Source of the DNA: Trichodesmium erythraeum IMS101
Lineage (GTDB): Bacteria; Cyanobacteriota; Cyanobacteriia; Cyanobacteriales; Microcoleaceae
Direction: 5' to 3'
Assembly: GCF_000014265.1 (NCBI RefSeq)
Contig: NC_008312.1
Coordinates: forward strand, 2,490,001-2,522,000
Length of the DNA: 32,000 bases
The notes under the pieces are model-generated. The model did not search any database. It saw only the letters and a program-made list of their open reading frames with translations, and had not been told where the DNA came from. Positions 19,821 through 27,961 of the stretch are shown here, piece after piece. Position 1 is the first letter of the stretch, and the number at the start of each line of letters is the position of its first letter. The translations under genes were made by a program, and so were the position numbers.

Positions 19821-19880
19821 AAACAATAAGTAAAGGCTATCTGATAGTTAAACAATAAATAGCCTTTACTTTTATTGTTT
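19821..19880. other. Long AT-rich hairpin (about 20-bp stem, one bulge) in a 1.1-kb spacer
   Basis: AAACAATAAGTAAAGGCTAT ... ATAGCCTTTACTTTTATTGTTT. The arms are complementary except for one extra A, with an 18-nt loop. Confidence 0.5.
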
Positions 19881-20403
19881 AACTATTTTGTATAGTATCA
19901 TTCTTTTTTCTAATAATCAATATATTTTTAAATATTTTTTTGTGTGTTTTGTTAAGGTTTGATGATAATAACCAATTTATAATCATACCGTTTCTTAAAA
20001 ACTTTTCTACCTGTGAGTTTTAGTAGGAGACATACCTTTAAAGCTGACCTTGGAGGGGAAGTTGAAGAGAGAAGTAAATATTTATAAAATTAATTAGCTT
20101 GAATTTTTTGTGTAATTATTGACTATTTTTAAGTGAATATTAATTATGATAGTCACCATGACTAGGGTGGATATATTCCAACTTATTCTTAGTATGATAA
20201 TTAAACTTTTATAGTAGTTTCCTACTTAATAAAGTATATCTATTTATAGTTTTATAGAGTAGGGGAGATAGAGAATAGGGAACAGGCCAAAAATATTTGG
20301 ACTTGGTGTTCAGTAGTAAAACTGTCCTACTAGAAAATGTAAACAGACTTAGAATATTCCATACTAGTAGAGTGTTTGGGATAGATTGAAAAATATAGGT
20401 AAT

Positions 20404-21453
20404 ATGAATTTTTGTAGTGATAATGTGGCTGAAGTATGCCCAGAAATTATGGCGGCTCTGATAGCTGCGAATGAAGGAGCTATGATGCCTTATGGTGAAG
20501 ATGAATACACTCAACGGTTAGAAGCTAAATTTTCATCAATTTTTGAAACTCCTGTGACAGTTTTCCCTGTTGCCACTGGTTCTGCTGCTAATGCTCTGAG
20601 TTTATCGGCGATCGCTCCTGGTTATGGAGCTATTTATTGTCATAGTGAATCTCATATTAATGTCGATGAATGTGGTGCTCCAGAATTTTACACAGGTGGT
20701 GCAAAACTGGTGACACTTAATGGTACAGATGCTCAAATTAATCCTTCTGAGTTGAGCAAAACACTCGAAAAAGCAGGGGCAGGTGTAGTGCATCATGTTC
20801 AACCTGCCGCAGTTAGTATTACCCAAGCAACGGAAGCGGGGACAGTATACTTGCCTGAGGAGATAGGTGAAATTGCTAAAATAACTCATGCTCATAATCT
20901 ATATCTGCATATAGATGGGGCACGCTTTGCTAATGCTGTTGTGAGTTTAGACTGTGCGCCAGCAGATATAACTTGGCGAGCTGGGGTAGATGTACTGTGT
21001 TTCGGTGCTACTAAAAATGGAGCGATGGCAGCAGAAGCGGTAATCTTTTTTAATCAAGATTTGGCAAAAACATTTGCTTATCGTCGCAAACGTAGTGGTA
21101 ATTTATTCTCAAAGATGCGATATTTGTCTTCTCAGTTGGAAGCTTATATTACTGATGATTTATGGTTGAAAAATGCTTTCCATGCTAACCAGATGGCAAC
21201 TAGGTTGGCTCAAGGTTTGGTAGACTTACCTTTGGTAAAGTTGTGTCATCCTGTGGAAGCGAATGAAGTTTTTGCAGAAATTCCTAAGTCTGTGGTTAAT
21301 GGTTTGAGAGGTGATGGTTTTCAATTTTATGTTTGGGAAGAGGGAGCTTTTCCGGTAATTAGACTCGTTACTGCTTTTAATACTAAAAAGGAAGATGTTG
21401 ATGCTTTGTTGAAAAGTATTCAACGTCATCTAAGAGTGAATTTAATAGAATAG
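20404..21453 (+). CDS. ltaE: Low-specificity L-threonine aldolase (PLP-dependent, beta-eliminating lyase family)
   Basis: MNFCSDN..., ...HIDGARFANA..., PLP-lysine context FGATKNG. ATG at 20404 is preferred over the TTG at 20386 given in the ORF track. Confidence 0.82.
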   Translation: MNFCSDNVAEVCPEIMAALIAANEGAMMPYGEDEYTQRLEAKFSSIFETPVTVFPVATGSAANALSLSAIAPGYGAIYCHSESHINVDECGAPEFYTGGAKLVTLNGTDAQINPSELSKTLEKAGAGVVHHVQPAAVSITQATEAGTVYLPEEIGEIAKITHAHNLYLHIDGARFANAVVSLDCAPADITWRAGVDVLCFGATKNGAMAAEAVIFFNQDLAKTFAYRRKRSGNLFSKMRYLSSQLEAYITDDLWLKNAFHANQMATRLAQGLVDLPLVKLCHPVEANEVFAEIPKSVVNGLRGDGFQFYVWEEGAFPVIRLVTAFNTKKEDVDALLKSIQRHLRVNLIE

Positions 21454-21659
21454 AAACTGGAAATTTTTACTGACAATTATCAGAAGGCTAGCACTATAAC
21501 CTTTGATGAATGTGTTTGGATGAATGGTGAAGATATAATTGTGATTCAATGTCACAATTATCTCACGGGGTGACAAGCTAGTTGAAAGCTATATATAGAA
21601 AGGAATTTGTGTTCGGGAACTAAAGAATATTTCAACAAAAAGAAAACGCTTATTGGACT

Positions 21660-21710
21660 GGGTAGGGGGTGTAGTGCGAGCGCAGAGCGCTCGCACTACA
21701 CCCCCTACCC
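21660..21710. other. Perfect 24-bp GC-rich hairpin (3-nt loop) inside the IS, between IRL and the transposase start
   Basis: GGGTAGGGGGTGTAGTGCGAGCGC-aga-GCGCTCGCACTACACCCCCTACCC. It stands out against very AT-rich surroundings. Confidence 0.9.
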
Positions 21711-21802
21711 ATGGTTGATTATTTATTCATTAAAACATTAAAAAAAACTGTTAAAAATATGATAAAAAAGGGTTAATAATTACAAAAAAAAAAGAAGAAA
21801 AA

Positions 21803-22951
21803 GTGAATATATTAGGCTTTTATCAAGACCATATTAAGCAAAAGTTGAGTCCATCTCAAGTAGTAACATTACAAATATTATTATACTTAATTTCAGTACA
21901 TAAAACTGTACAAATATCAAAGCTAACCAATTATTTTCAGCTACCAATTAAATCAGAAAGTAAGCGAAAACTTATGCGAAAGATTTTTAACCCTAAAGGA
22001 ATTAAGTTTACCTATATTTTGGTTCCCTTTAGTCAAAATAATGGTAAAAAATCTCTTCAGCTTTACCTCAGAGTTAGTGTTGATTTTAGACCGCACTCAG
22101 TGGCAAAATATTAATATTTTAATGATAACTGTAGCTTGGAAAAAGACAGCTTTACCTATATATTGGAAGATTTTATCTCATAAAGGAGCTAGTAATTTAA
22201 CCGAACAAAAATCAGTAATTCGCCCTGTATTAAAATTATTGAAAGTACACAAAATAATTCTCACAGCACCCTAGAATTCCACAGTATTTTCCTGTGCCAT
22301 TGGTTGAAAGAATATAAAAAAAAAGACGTATATTTTGTCTTGAGACAAAAAAAATCAACTATGATAAAACGAGGGAGAAAATATTTTCAACTCTCAGAGT
22401 TAAAAGTAAATATCGGTGAATCCCAACTATTATTGAATCAAAAAATTACCAAAATTTTGAAGGTAGGAACATATAATTTACTTGTATATAAAAGACAGAA
22501 ATATCGTCAAAATTCTGTTTCAGAGAAATGGTATATTCTCTCCAATTTATCATAGTAATGTGGAAAAGTTAAAAAAATATATAGCCAGAGAATGGGCATA
22601 GAAGCCATGTTTAAGGATTATAAAACTGGTGGTTATAATCTAGAATCAGCAAAAGCCAACGAAACTAGACTTAATAATCTAATTTTATTAATAGCTATTT
22701 CATACACAGTTAGTTCATTTAAAGGACAAGAAATTAAAAACAAAGGAGTTCAAGAATATATATCAAGAACTAATGAAAGAGGTAGAAAAGAAAGAATAAA
22801 CAGTAGTTTTTGCTTAGGTTTATCTAGTATTTATTGGGCAATAAATGATGATTTAATGTGGAAATTAGTAGAAAATTTAATGAGCCTTAATCCTCATAAA
22901 TTACTATATTATCGCAGGGGAATAAAAGCGATGAATAAAGTGGTTAATTAG
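21803..22951 (+). pseudogene. IS4-family DDE transposase broken into at least four ORF fragments
   Basis: ORFs 21803..22114, 22041..22274, 22304..22555 and 22592..22951 lie in different frames. A (D)REFHS-like text sits at about 22275. An exact Y-(2)-R-(3)-E-(6)-K signature (YSQRMGIEAMFKDYK) sits at about 22580..22625. Confidence 0.8.
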
Positions 22952-23872
22952 ACTGTAATTTTTGATTAAAAATTAATTAATAAAGTTAAGTTTTTTCATG
23001 ATATTATTCTACCGCACAACTTGAATTATTCCTCAGCCCCTGAAGGCAAATCCCTTTATATATATAGCTTTCAACTGGCTTGTCACCCCGTGAGCACAAT
23101 TATATACAAATATTTGTAGTTTATCTAGTAGAGATTTTGGATAAACTCTAATTATCATTTTGGATATGCTCAAAACACTCAGTTATACTTTACTCCTGGC
23201 AAAATAATCTACAAAGGCTTTGTTCTTTAATAACAAAAGATAATAATTTTCCTGTAGCTAAAAAGCTAAACTAAACTCTCAAGCAAGACTTGTTTCAAAA
23301 CAAACATTTACTGATATTATTACCATGTCAGTTCAAAAAAAAAGCAATAAAAGTTTGCGATCATACTCTTTAGCAACTATATCCGATAATGGTTCCTTAC
23401 ATTTAACTGTGGGAGAATACGACAAACTCCTTGTAGGTGGTATACAATTAAGTAATGGCAAAAATTTCGACCCCGGAAACAGCAAAGATAAAGCTTTTAA
23501 TATTGGGTCTTTAAGTGATAAGTTTCAGTTAGATGAATCTGTAGGTAAGAGCGATCGCCAAGACTTTTACAAATTTACGGTAGAAGAACAGAGGAAAGTA
23601 GAGATTAAACTGATGGGTTTGACGGCTAATGCAGATTTATATTTACTACCCGAAAAAGGTAAAGTCATTGACAAGTCTAAAAATGGCGGTAAGAAGAATG
23701 AAAAAATCACTGCGACTCTTGAGCCTGATACTACTTATTATTTGCAGGTGCAACCGAGAAATAAGACGATCAAAATGCTGATTATCATCTCAGTTTGGAT
23801 ATTAGAGAAGCAACAGATAATCCTATAGTTCACAGTGATTTTCTTGAGAGAGTCGTGGAACTTACCAACCAA

Positions 23873-25007
23873 TAGACATCTCCAAAATAGAAAATAAGGT
23901 AAAATTATCAAAACCATTTATGTATGAAGTCTCCCAAATGAATCCAACTTTAGAATATATTTATAATCATCCAAAAGAAACAAAAAGAATTATTGGCATT
24001 ACTTATGAACAGCTAATAAAATTAATAGCAAAGGCCCAAATAATAGAATCAGAGAAAAAGGAGGCAATCGCCAAAACAGAAAAAAGACTAATTAAAGCAG
24101 GTGGAGTCAGAAAAAAGAATTTAACAAAGGAAGAAGAAATAATGTTAACGTTATTTTATTTACATCAAATACCAACTTTTCAAACATTAGGAATTAACTT
24201 TGGTATAAGTGAATCAAGTGCTAATAATATTTTTCATTACTGGATAGATATTTTCAGAGAATTACTGCCAGCAAGTTTATTAGAAAAAGTAAAAAAAAAA
24301 GAAAATGAATTGGAATGGGTAAAGGAGATAGTAACAGAATTAGAATTAATTGTAGATAGTACAGAACAAAGTAGAGAAAGACCAAGTGAATATAAAGACC
24401 AAGAAAAATATCAAATATGAAAAAAGAAAAATCATACTTTTAAAAATCAAATAATAACGACACCAAAAGGAACAGAAATAGTAGATGTAATAGTAGGAGA
24501 AAAAGGTCCAGTAAGTGATGTAAAAATATTAAGAAAACAACTGGATAAATTTGATAAAAAACAAAAATTTTAAGGAGATAAAGCTGATGAAGGAGTAGAA
24601 AGAACTACTACACCAAAAAAGAAACCAAGAAAAAAAGAAATGTCGCTAGAAATCAAAGAAGAAAATCAAGAAAAAGCCAGAAAGAGAATATTTGTAGAAC
24701 ATATAATAAGATTAATTAAAATATTTAGAATTGCTAGAGAAAGATTCAGATTAAAATATAATAATTATCAAAAAGTAATCTTAACAATATGTGGTTTAGT
24801 GCGACTAAAAATTGGCTCTTTTATATTAGTATAAACCATCAAAAGCTGAGACAAAAATAATAAATTAAAGTACAATAAATATTTGAATTAGTAACACGAA
24901 GTATCTCTGATGCCCATAAAACTGTACAAATTAACTATCTTCATAAGTAGCGATAGCACCACTAAAGATAGTTAGGATAAGCGTTTGAGTATTTTTGGAG
25001 ATGTCTA
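23873..25007 (+). mobile_element. Small IS (about 1.13 kb) with Harbinger/PIF-type (DDE_Tnp_4, IS5-like) transposase, inserted in the PPC-CAP gene
   Basis: Terminal inverted repeats TAGACATCTCCAAAATA (23873..) and TATTTTTGGAGATGTCTA (..25007). The exact ends and TSD are ambiguous (AAT or TA). Confidence 0.7.
23920..24834 (+). pseudogene. DDE_Tnp_4-type transposase with two in-frame nonsense codons
   Basis: A single frame reads ...LIVDSTEQSRERPSEYKDQEKYQI*KKKNHTFKNQIITTPKGTEIVDVIVGEKGPVSDVKIL...KF*GDKADEG...RKRIFVEHIIRLIKIFRIARERFR.... The family pattern is D-x-T-E ... YSGKKK-HT-K-Q ... GD-GY-G ... R-x-VEH. TGA at 24418..24420 and TAA near 24571. Confidence 0.75.
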
Positions 25008-25728
25008 ATAGAATATGGCAGTGCAAGACTTTTATGAACATATTGGATTAGATGGTTCTTTAGGAGGCGATCATATTGAAGCTACAGGATATGACTTTTC
25101 AGCATGGGCAGAAAATATTGCGGTAGGATATCAGACACCAGAAGTAGTGGTAAAACTTGGATGAATAGTAAAGAACATCGTGCTAATATTCTCAATCCCA
25201 ATTTGCAATAAATTGGTGTTAGTTACTATTTCTTGGAGGAAGATACTGGTAGCGTTAACTTCAATTGTTATTGGATACAGGTTTTTGGTATGCCTGATAT
25301 GTAAATATGAGAGAGGTTTGACTTAGTGGGACTTACACAATTTTTAAGCCCAAATATAGTCTAAACTCTCCTTGGGAAGGGCAAATATGTCCCTGTTTTC
25401 AGTTAACTAATCAAAGAAACCCAAAGACATAGCTGTGCGAGCTTTTAAGGCTTCAGTAAATGTGTTCAAAGTTTCTTCGATCACTGTCTTTGTTAGCCTC
25501 CAGTTAATTTATGCAAATGATAAAAGTATAAGCACAAAACATCAAGATCAAATGGAGTAATGAACGCCATTTATCTCTCACTTGAAATTCTTTTAGCTTT
25601 AACCATTATGAGCGCTTTTATGTCAAAAACTTTGACCCAACAACTCTATTGAATAAGTCTTTACTATCCATTTTTTCTGATTGCTTAGAGTGCTTAAACT
25701 CTTATCTCAAAATAGCTTTGATTGCTTC

Positions 25729-26394
25729 TCAGTCCCTGATTTCTGAACCAGTAGAAGAATTATAAGTATAAATCGTAACTTCTTGAGAACGAACTAGCTT
25801 TCCATTAAACATATACCCTGGTCTTACAGTTTCACAGATTAGATCGTCTTTGTCTGGATCCTTCACAACCCGCGTAGCCATAATTTGCTGTTGCTCATAG
25901 TTATAGCTGCCAGTATCTTCTAGAGATTGCACCCCCTCTTTTTCCAAAACTTGCCCCAACTCTTGATATAAGGACTCTAGTAATTCAGGGGTATTTGCAT
26001 TGTCTCCTGTTTTGGCGAGTAGAACTAAATCCCGTAATTTGATTAGCTCTTTCGCCGTTTCGGATAACTCTGGCTCCCGAGCAACTTCTGTTACTGGAGG
26101 AATGATTGTAGATTTTTCTAAAGCGATCTGTTCCGCAATTGCGTTATTCGCATTTGCTTCTACAGTCTCAGTTTGTGCGATCAGAATATCACCGCGATCG
26201 AGCAACCGCTCCAAAAGTAAGTTAGCTGATTTTAACAGGGAAACAGTGTTGGTGTTTCCAAAATTGTTATTTTCTGGCTGCAAGCCGTTCAACTTTCGTG
26301 CATTTGCTTCAGTTTTTATAGCCTCTTCTTTTGCTTGTTGCTGTTGCGCCATCCAGGGGCAGAAAATATTAAATATGGAAAAATCGTTAAGCAT
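25729..26394 (-). CDS. GrpE-like (nucleotide-exchange-factor fold) protein, last gene of the dynamin operon
   Basis: The C-terminal third (LEKEGVQSLEDTGSYNYEQQQIMATRVVKDPDKDDLICETVRPGYMFNGKLVRSQEVTIY) follows the GrpE pattern GV..i...G..fdp..h.a......d....v.....GY..nG+.lR.a.V.V. A coiled-coil-like N-terminal half is present. Start at ATG 26394, preceded by AGGAGG and overlapping the upstream stop (ATGCTTAA). Confidence 0.6.
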   Translation of the reverse strand: MLNDFSIFNIFCPWMAQQQQAKEEAIKTEANARKLNGLQPENNNFGNTNTVSLLKSANLLLERLLDRGDILIAQTETVEANANNAIAEQIALEKSTIIPPVTEVAREPELSETAKELIKLRDLVLLAKTGDNANTPELLESLYQELGQVLEKEGVQSLEDTGSYNYEQQQIMATRVVKDPDKDDLICETVRPGYMFNGKLVRSQEVTIYTYNSSTGSEIRD

Positions 26395-27961
26395 AGGAGT
26401 CCTCCTGTTGTGCAATTTGATAGAGTATTTGTTCGTAGGAATGGGCTATTACAGTAGCTGCCTCAATGGTCTGGCTGTCAGCACTCATATAGTCATTGGC
26501 TCTCTGTCTCCAAGACTGTACTCGTTGTTGGGCGACATGAGTCATCTCGGCATCAGTGGCATTTTCACCAAGCTCAAGTCGTGCTTTTAGGGAGGTTCCG
26601 TTTTCACCGGTCACTGCTTGAAGTTGTCTAACCTCATCCTTGTTAAAACCGAGCTCGCCCTGGTAATAACTGTGTAATACTGCCAACTGCTGAAAGCCTT
26701 GTTCCTCAACCTCCAGCCTTTCAAACTCTCCTGCTATGTCGGCGACCATCTGAAAATCTGCACCCTCTAAACGCTGTTTTTCCATGAAACAAGCTGCTTT
26801 GATTTGTTGCAATGCAACGCTCAACTTAATCAGGAAAGCGCGGTTGCCAAAGTGGGATTTAATCAAGTCTAGTAGTTCTGATGCGCCACTTCGCTGGAAT
26901 AGTTTCCGAGCTAGCAATTCCTTTTCTCTAGTTCCACTGCGGATAAGATTGGCAGCCAACCAGATTCCGTATTGTCCAAGTCGGTCTAGTACCAATTTTC
27001 TCTTATCTGCGGGCGGTATCTCTGGCTCTTTTGGATACTCGCGCTCCCTAAGTCGCGTGGCATTTTTGACCAGACTCCGAAGTCTACTTTCCGGCAGTGC
27101 AGCTAGCTGCATTAGGGTATCAAACTCTTCTGGAGTTAGGGTTTGCGCTCCAAAAGCCAGAAGACCGCATACCGGCAGTGTGGTATAAAGCGCGCCGCGC
27201 AAATGTTCGGACTGCAATCGCTCTGTGATTTCACGACCTTTGAGAATCGGTTCTTCACCGTCCGACCAGTAATCATCTACTTTAGTCAGTACTCCAATTG
27301 CATTAATTGGCGTTGCTTGTCCGAATGCAGCACCTTGAAACTCAGCCATTGTGTTTTGGCTAGATTCAGAGAAGCTTTTAGCGAATAGGTATATTACGGC
27401 ATCAGCATTAGAAGCTTCTTCCTGGGTTGCTTGCGTTAGTTCCTGACCGTGCAATTGCAGGAAGTTTTTGGTGTTTTCTGAATCAGCTTCGTAAGCTGAC
27501 GCCAAACCCGGGGTATCTATTAGGTTAAATTTCTTCAGGATAGGGTTGGGATAAGATAACTCAATGTACTTAATGCTCAGTAAGTAGTTGAAGGAATCGC
27601 TGTTAGCTTCAGCCCGTAGGGTTAGATCTTCCAGTTCTTCAAACGATTTCGGTTCTGGCGGAGAGCCATTTTTGTAATGGACTAGCAGAGATTTGGATTC
27701 ACCATATTTCAGCCAGTTGACGTTGAATGTAGCTTCTACCGTGCCGGTAGCTACTATTTTTTCCCCCAGAAGAGCATTCATCATTGTAGATTTCCCAGCT
27801 TTTATCATGCCAACTATCGCTACTCGCATTGGTAAATCTAACTGCTGGTAACACTGATCAATCTTTCGGTATAGGTTCTGCAACTTGGGGCGATTCATGG
27901 TGCAACCAAGAGCAAACTGAAATACCTCTTCAGCGCGATCGCGTAATGCCCGATTATCCAT
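26387..27961 (-). CDS. Dynamin-like GTPase 2 (BDLP/LeoA-like), soluble, 524 aa
   Basis: G1 VAIVGMIKAGKSTMMNALLG, G3 IDTPGLAS, G4 VLTKVDD, followed by a long helical stalk. Start chosen at ATG 27961, which overlaps the stop of the upstream gene (ATGGATAA). The ORF-track extension to 28105 lies inside the upstream gene. Confidence 0.82.
   Translation of the reverse strand: MDNRALRDRAEEVFQFALGCTMNRPKLQNLYRKIDQCYQQLDLPMRVAIVGMIKAGKSTMMNALLGEKIVATGTVEATFNVNWLKYGESKSLLVHYKNGSPPEPKSFEELEDLTLRAEANSDSFNYLLSIKYIELSYPNPILKKFNLIDTPGLASAYEADSENTKNFLQLHGQELTQATQEEASNADAVIYLFAKSFSESSQNTMAEFQGAAFGQATPINAIGVLTKVDDYWSDGEEPILKGREITERLQSEHLRGALYTTLPVCGLLAFGAQTLTPEEFDTLMQLAALPESRLRSLVKNATRLREREYPKEPEIPPADKRKLVLDRLGQYGIWLAANLIRSGTREKELLARKLFQRSGASELLDLIKSHFGNRAFLIKLSVALQQIKAACFMEKQRLEGADFQMVADIAGEFERLEVEEQGFQQLAVLHSYYQGELGFNKDEVRQLQAVTGENGTSLKARLELGENATDAEMTHVAQQRVQSWRQRANDYMSADSQTIEAATVIAHSYEQILYQIAQQEDSYA

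Larger units (their letters stand above)
21562..23094 (+). mobile_element. IS4-family-like insertion sequence (1,533 bp) with ~45-nt imperfect terminal inverted repeats and 9-bp target-site duplication; transposase inactivated
   Basis: IRL CTCACGGGGTGACAAGCTAGTTGAAAGCTATATATAGAAAGGAAT. IRR (reverse complement) CTCACGGGGTGACAAGCCAGTTGAAAGCTATATATATAAAGGGAT. Direct repeats CACAATTAT at 21553..21561 and 23095..23103. Confidence 0.88.
23325..25304 (+). pseudogene. Pre-peptidase C-terminal (PPC) domain + CAP/SCP/PR-1-like domain protein, destroyed by frameshifts, a nonsense codon, an IS insertion and a deletion
   Basis: PPC-like: GNSKDKAFNIGSL...SDRQDFYKFTV...ADLYLL...TYYLQVQP. A frameshift lies near 23760, after which ...DQNADYHLSLDIREATDNPIVHSDFLERVVELTNQ continues in another frame. 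After the IS: DFYEHIGLDGSLGGDHIEATGYDFSAWAENIAVGYQTPEVV, a frameshift, then WMNSKEHRANILNPNLQ*IGVSYY...YWIQVFG. About 25-30 aa of the CAP domain are missing at the IS junction. Confidence 0.7.

Noticed and set aside
20209-21429. Minus-strand ORFs 20209..20514, 20602..20895 and 21226..21429
   Set aside because: They are antisense shadows of, or overlap the start of, the threonine aldolase gene. Their translations are low-complexity with no motifs.
21803-22951. Treating the four ORFs 21803..22114, 22041..22274, 22304..22555 and 22592..22951 as separate genes
   Set aside because: Read together they form one IS4-type transposase (N-terminal HTH-like region, DREF-like block, YREK signature) bounded by IRs and a TSD. 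They are fragments of a single pseudogene.
25305-25728. Possible small gene or antitoxin relic downstream of the operon (minus-strand text INWRLTKTVIEETLNTFTEALKARTAMSLGFFD*)
   Set aside because: There is no start codon in frame after the preceding stop, no RBS and no recognisable family. It is probably non-coding or an unrecognisable remnant.
26395-26415. Upstream ATG (26415) for the GrpE-like gene
   Set aside because: The ATG at 26394 has an AGGAGG 6 nt upstream and reproduces the same 8-nt overlap architecture as the preceding junction. The choice remains uncertain by 7 codons, and a further in-frame Met (MAQQQQ) is also possible.
26000-27388. Plus-strand ORFs 26000..26590, 26784..27188 and 27143..27388 (60-196 aa)
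   Set aside because: They lie antisense inside the GrpE-like and dynamin-like genes and have low-complexity Ser/Arg/Cys-rich translations with no motifs. These are typical shadow ORFs of GC-richer coding DNA.
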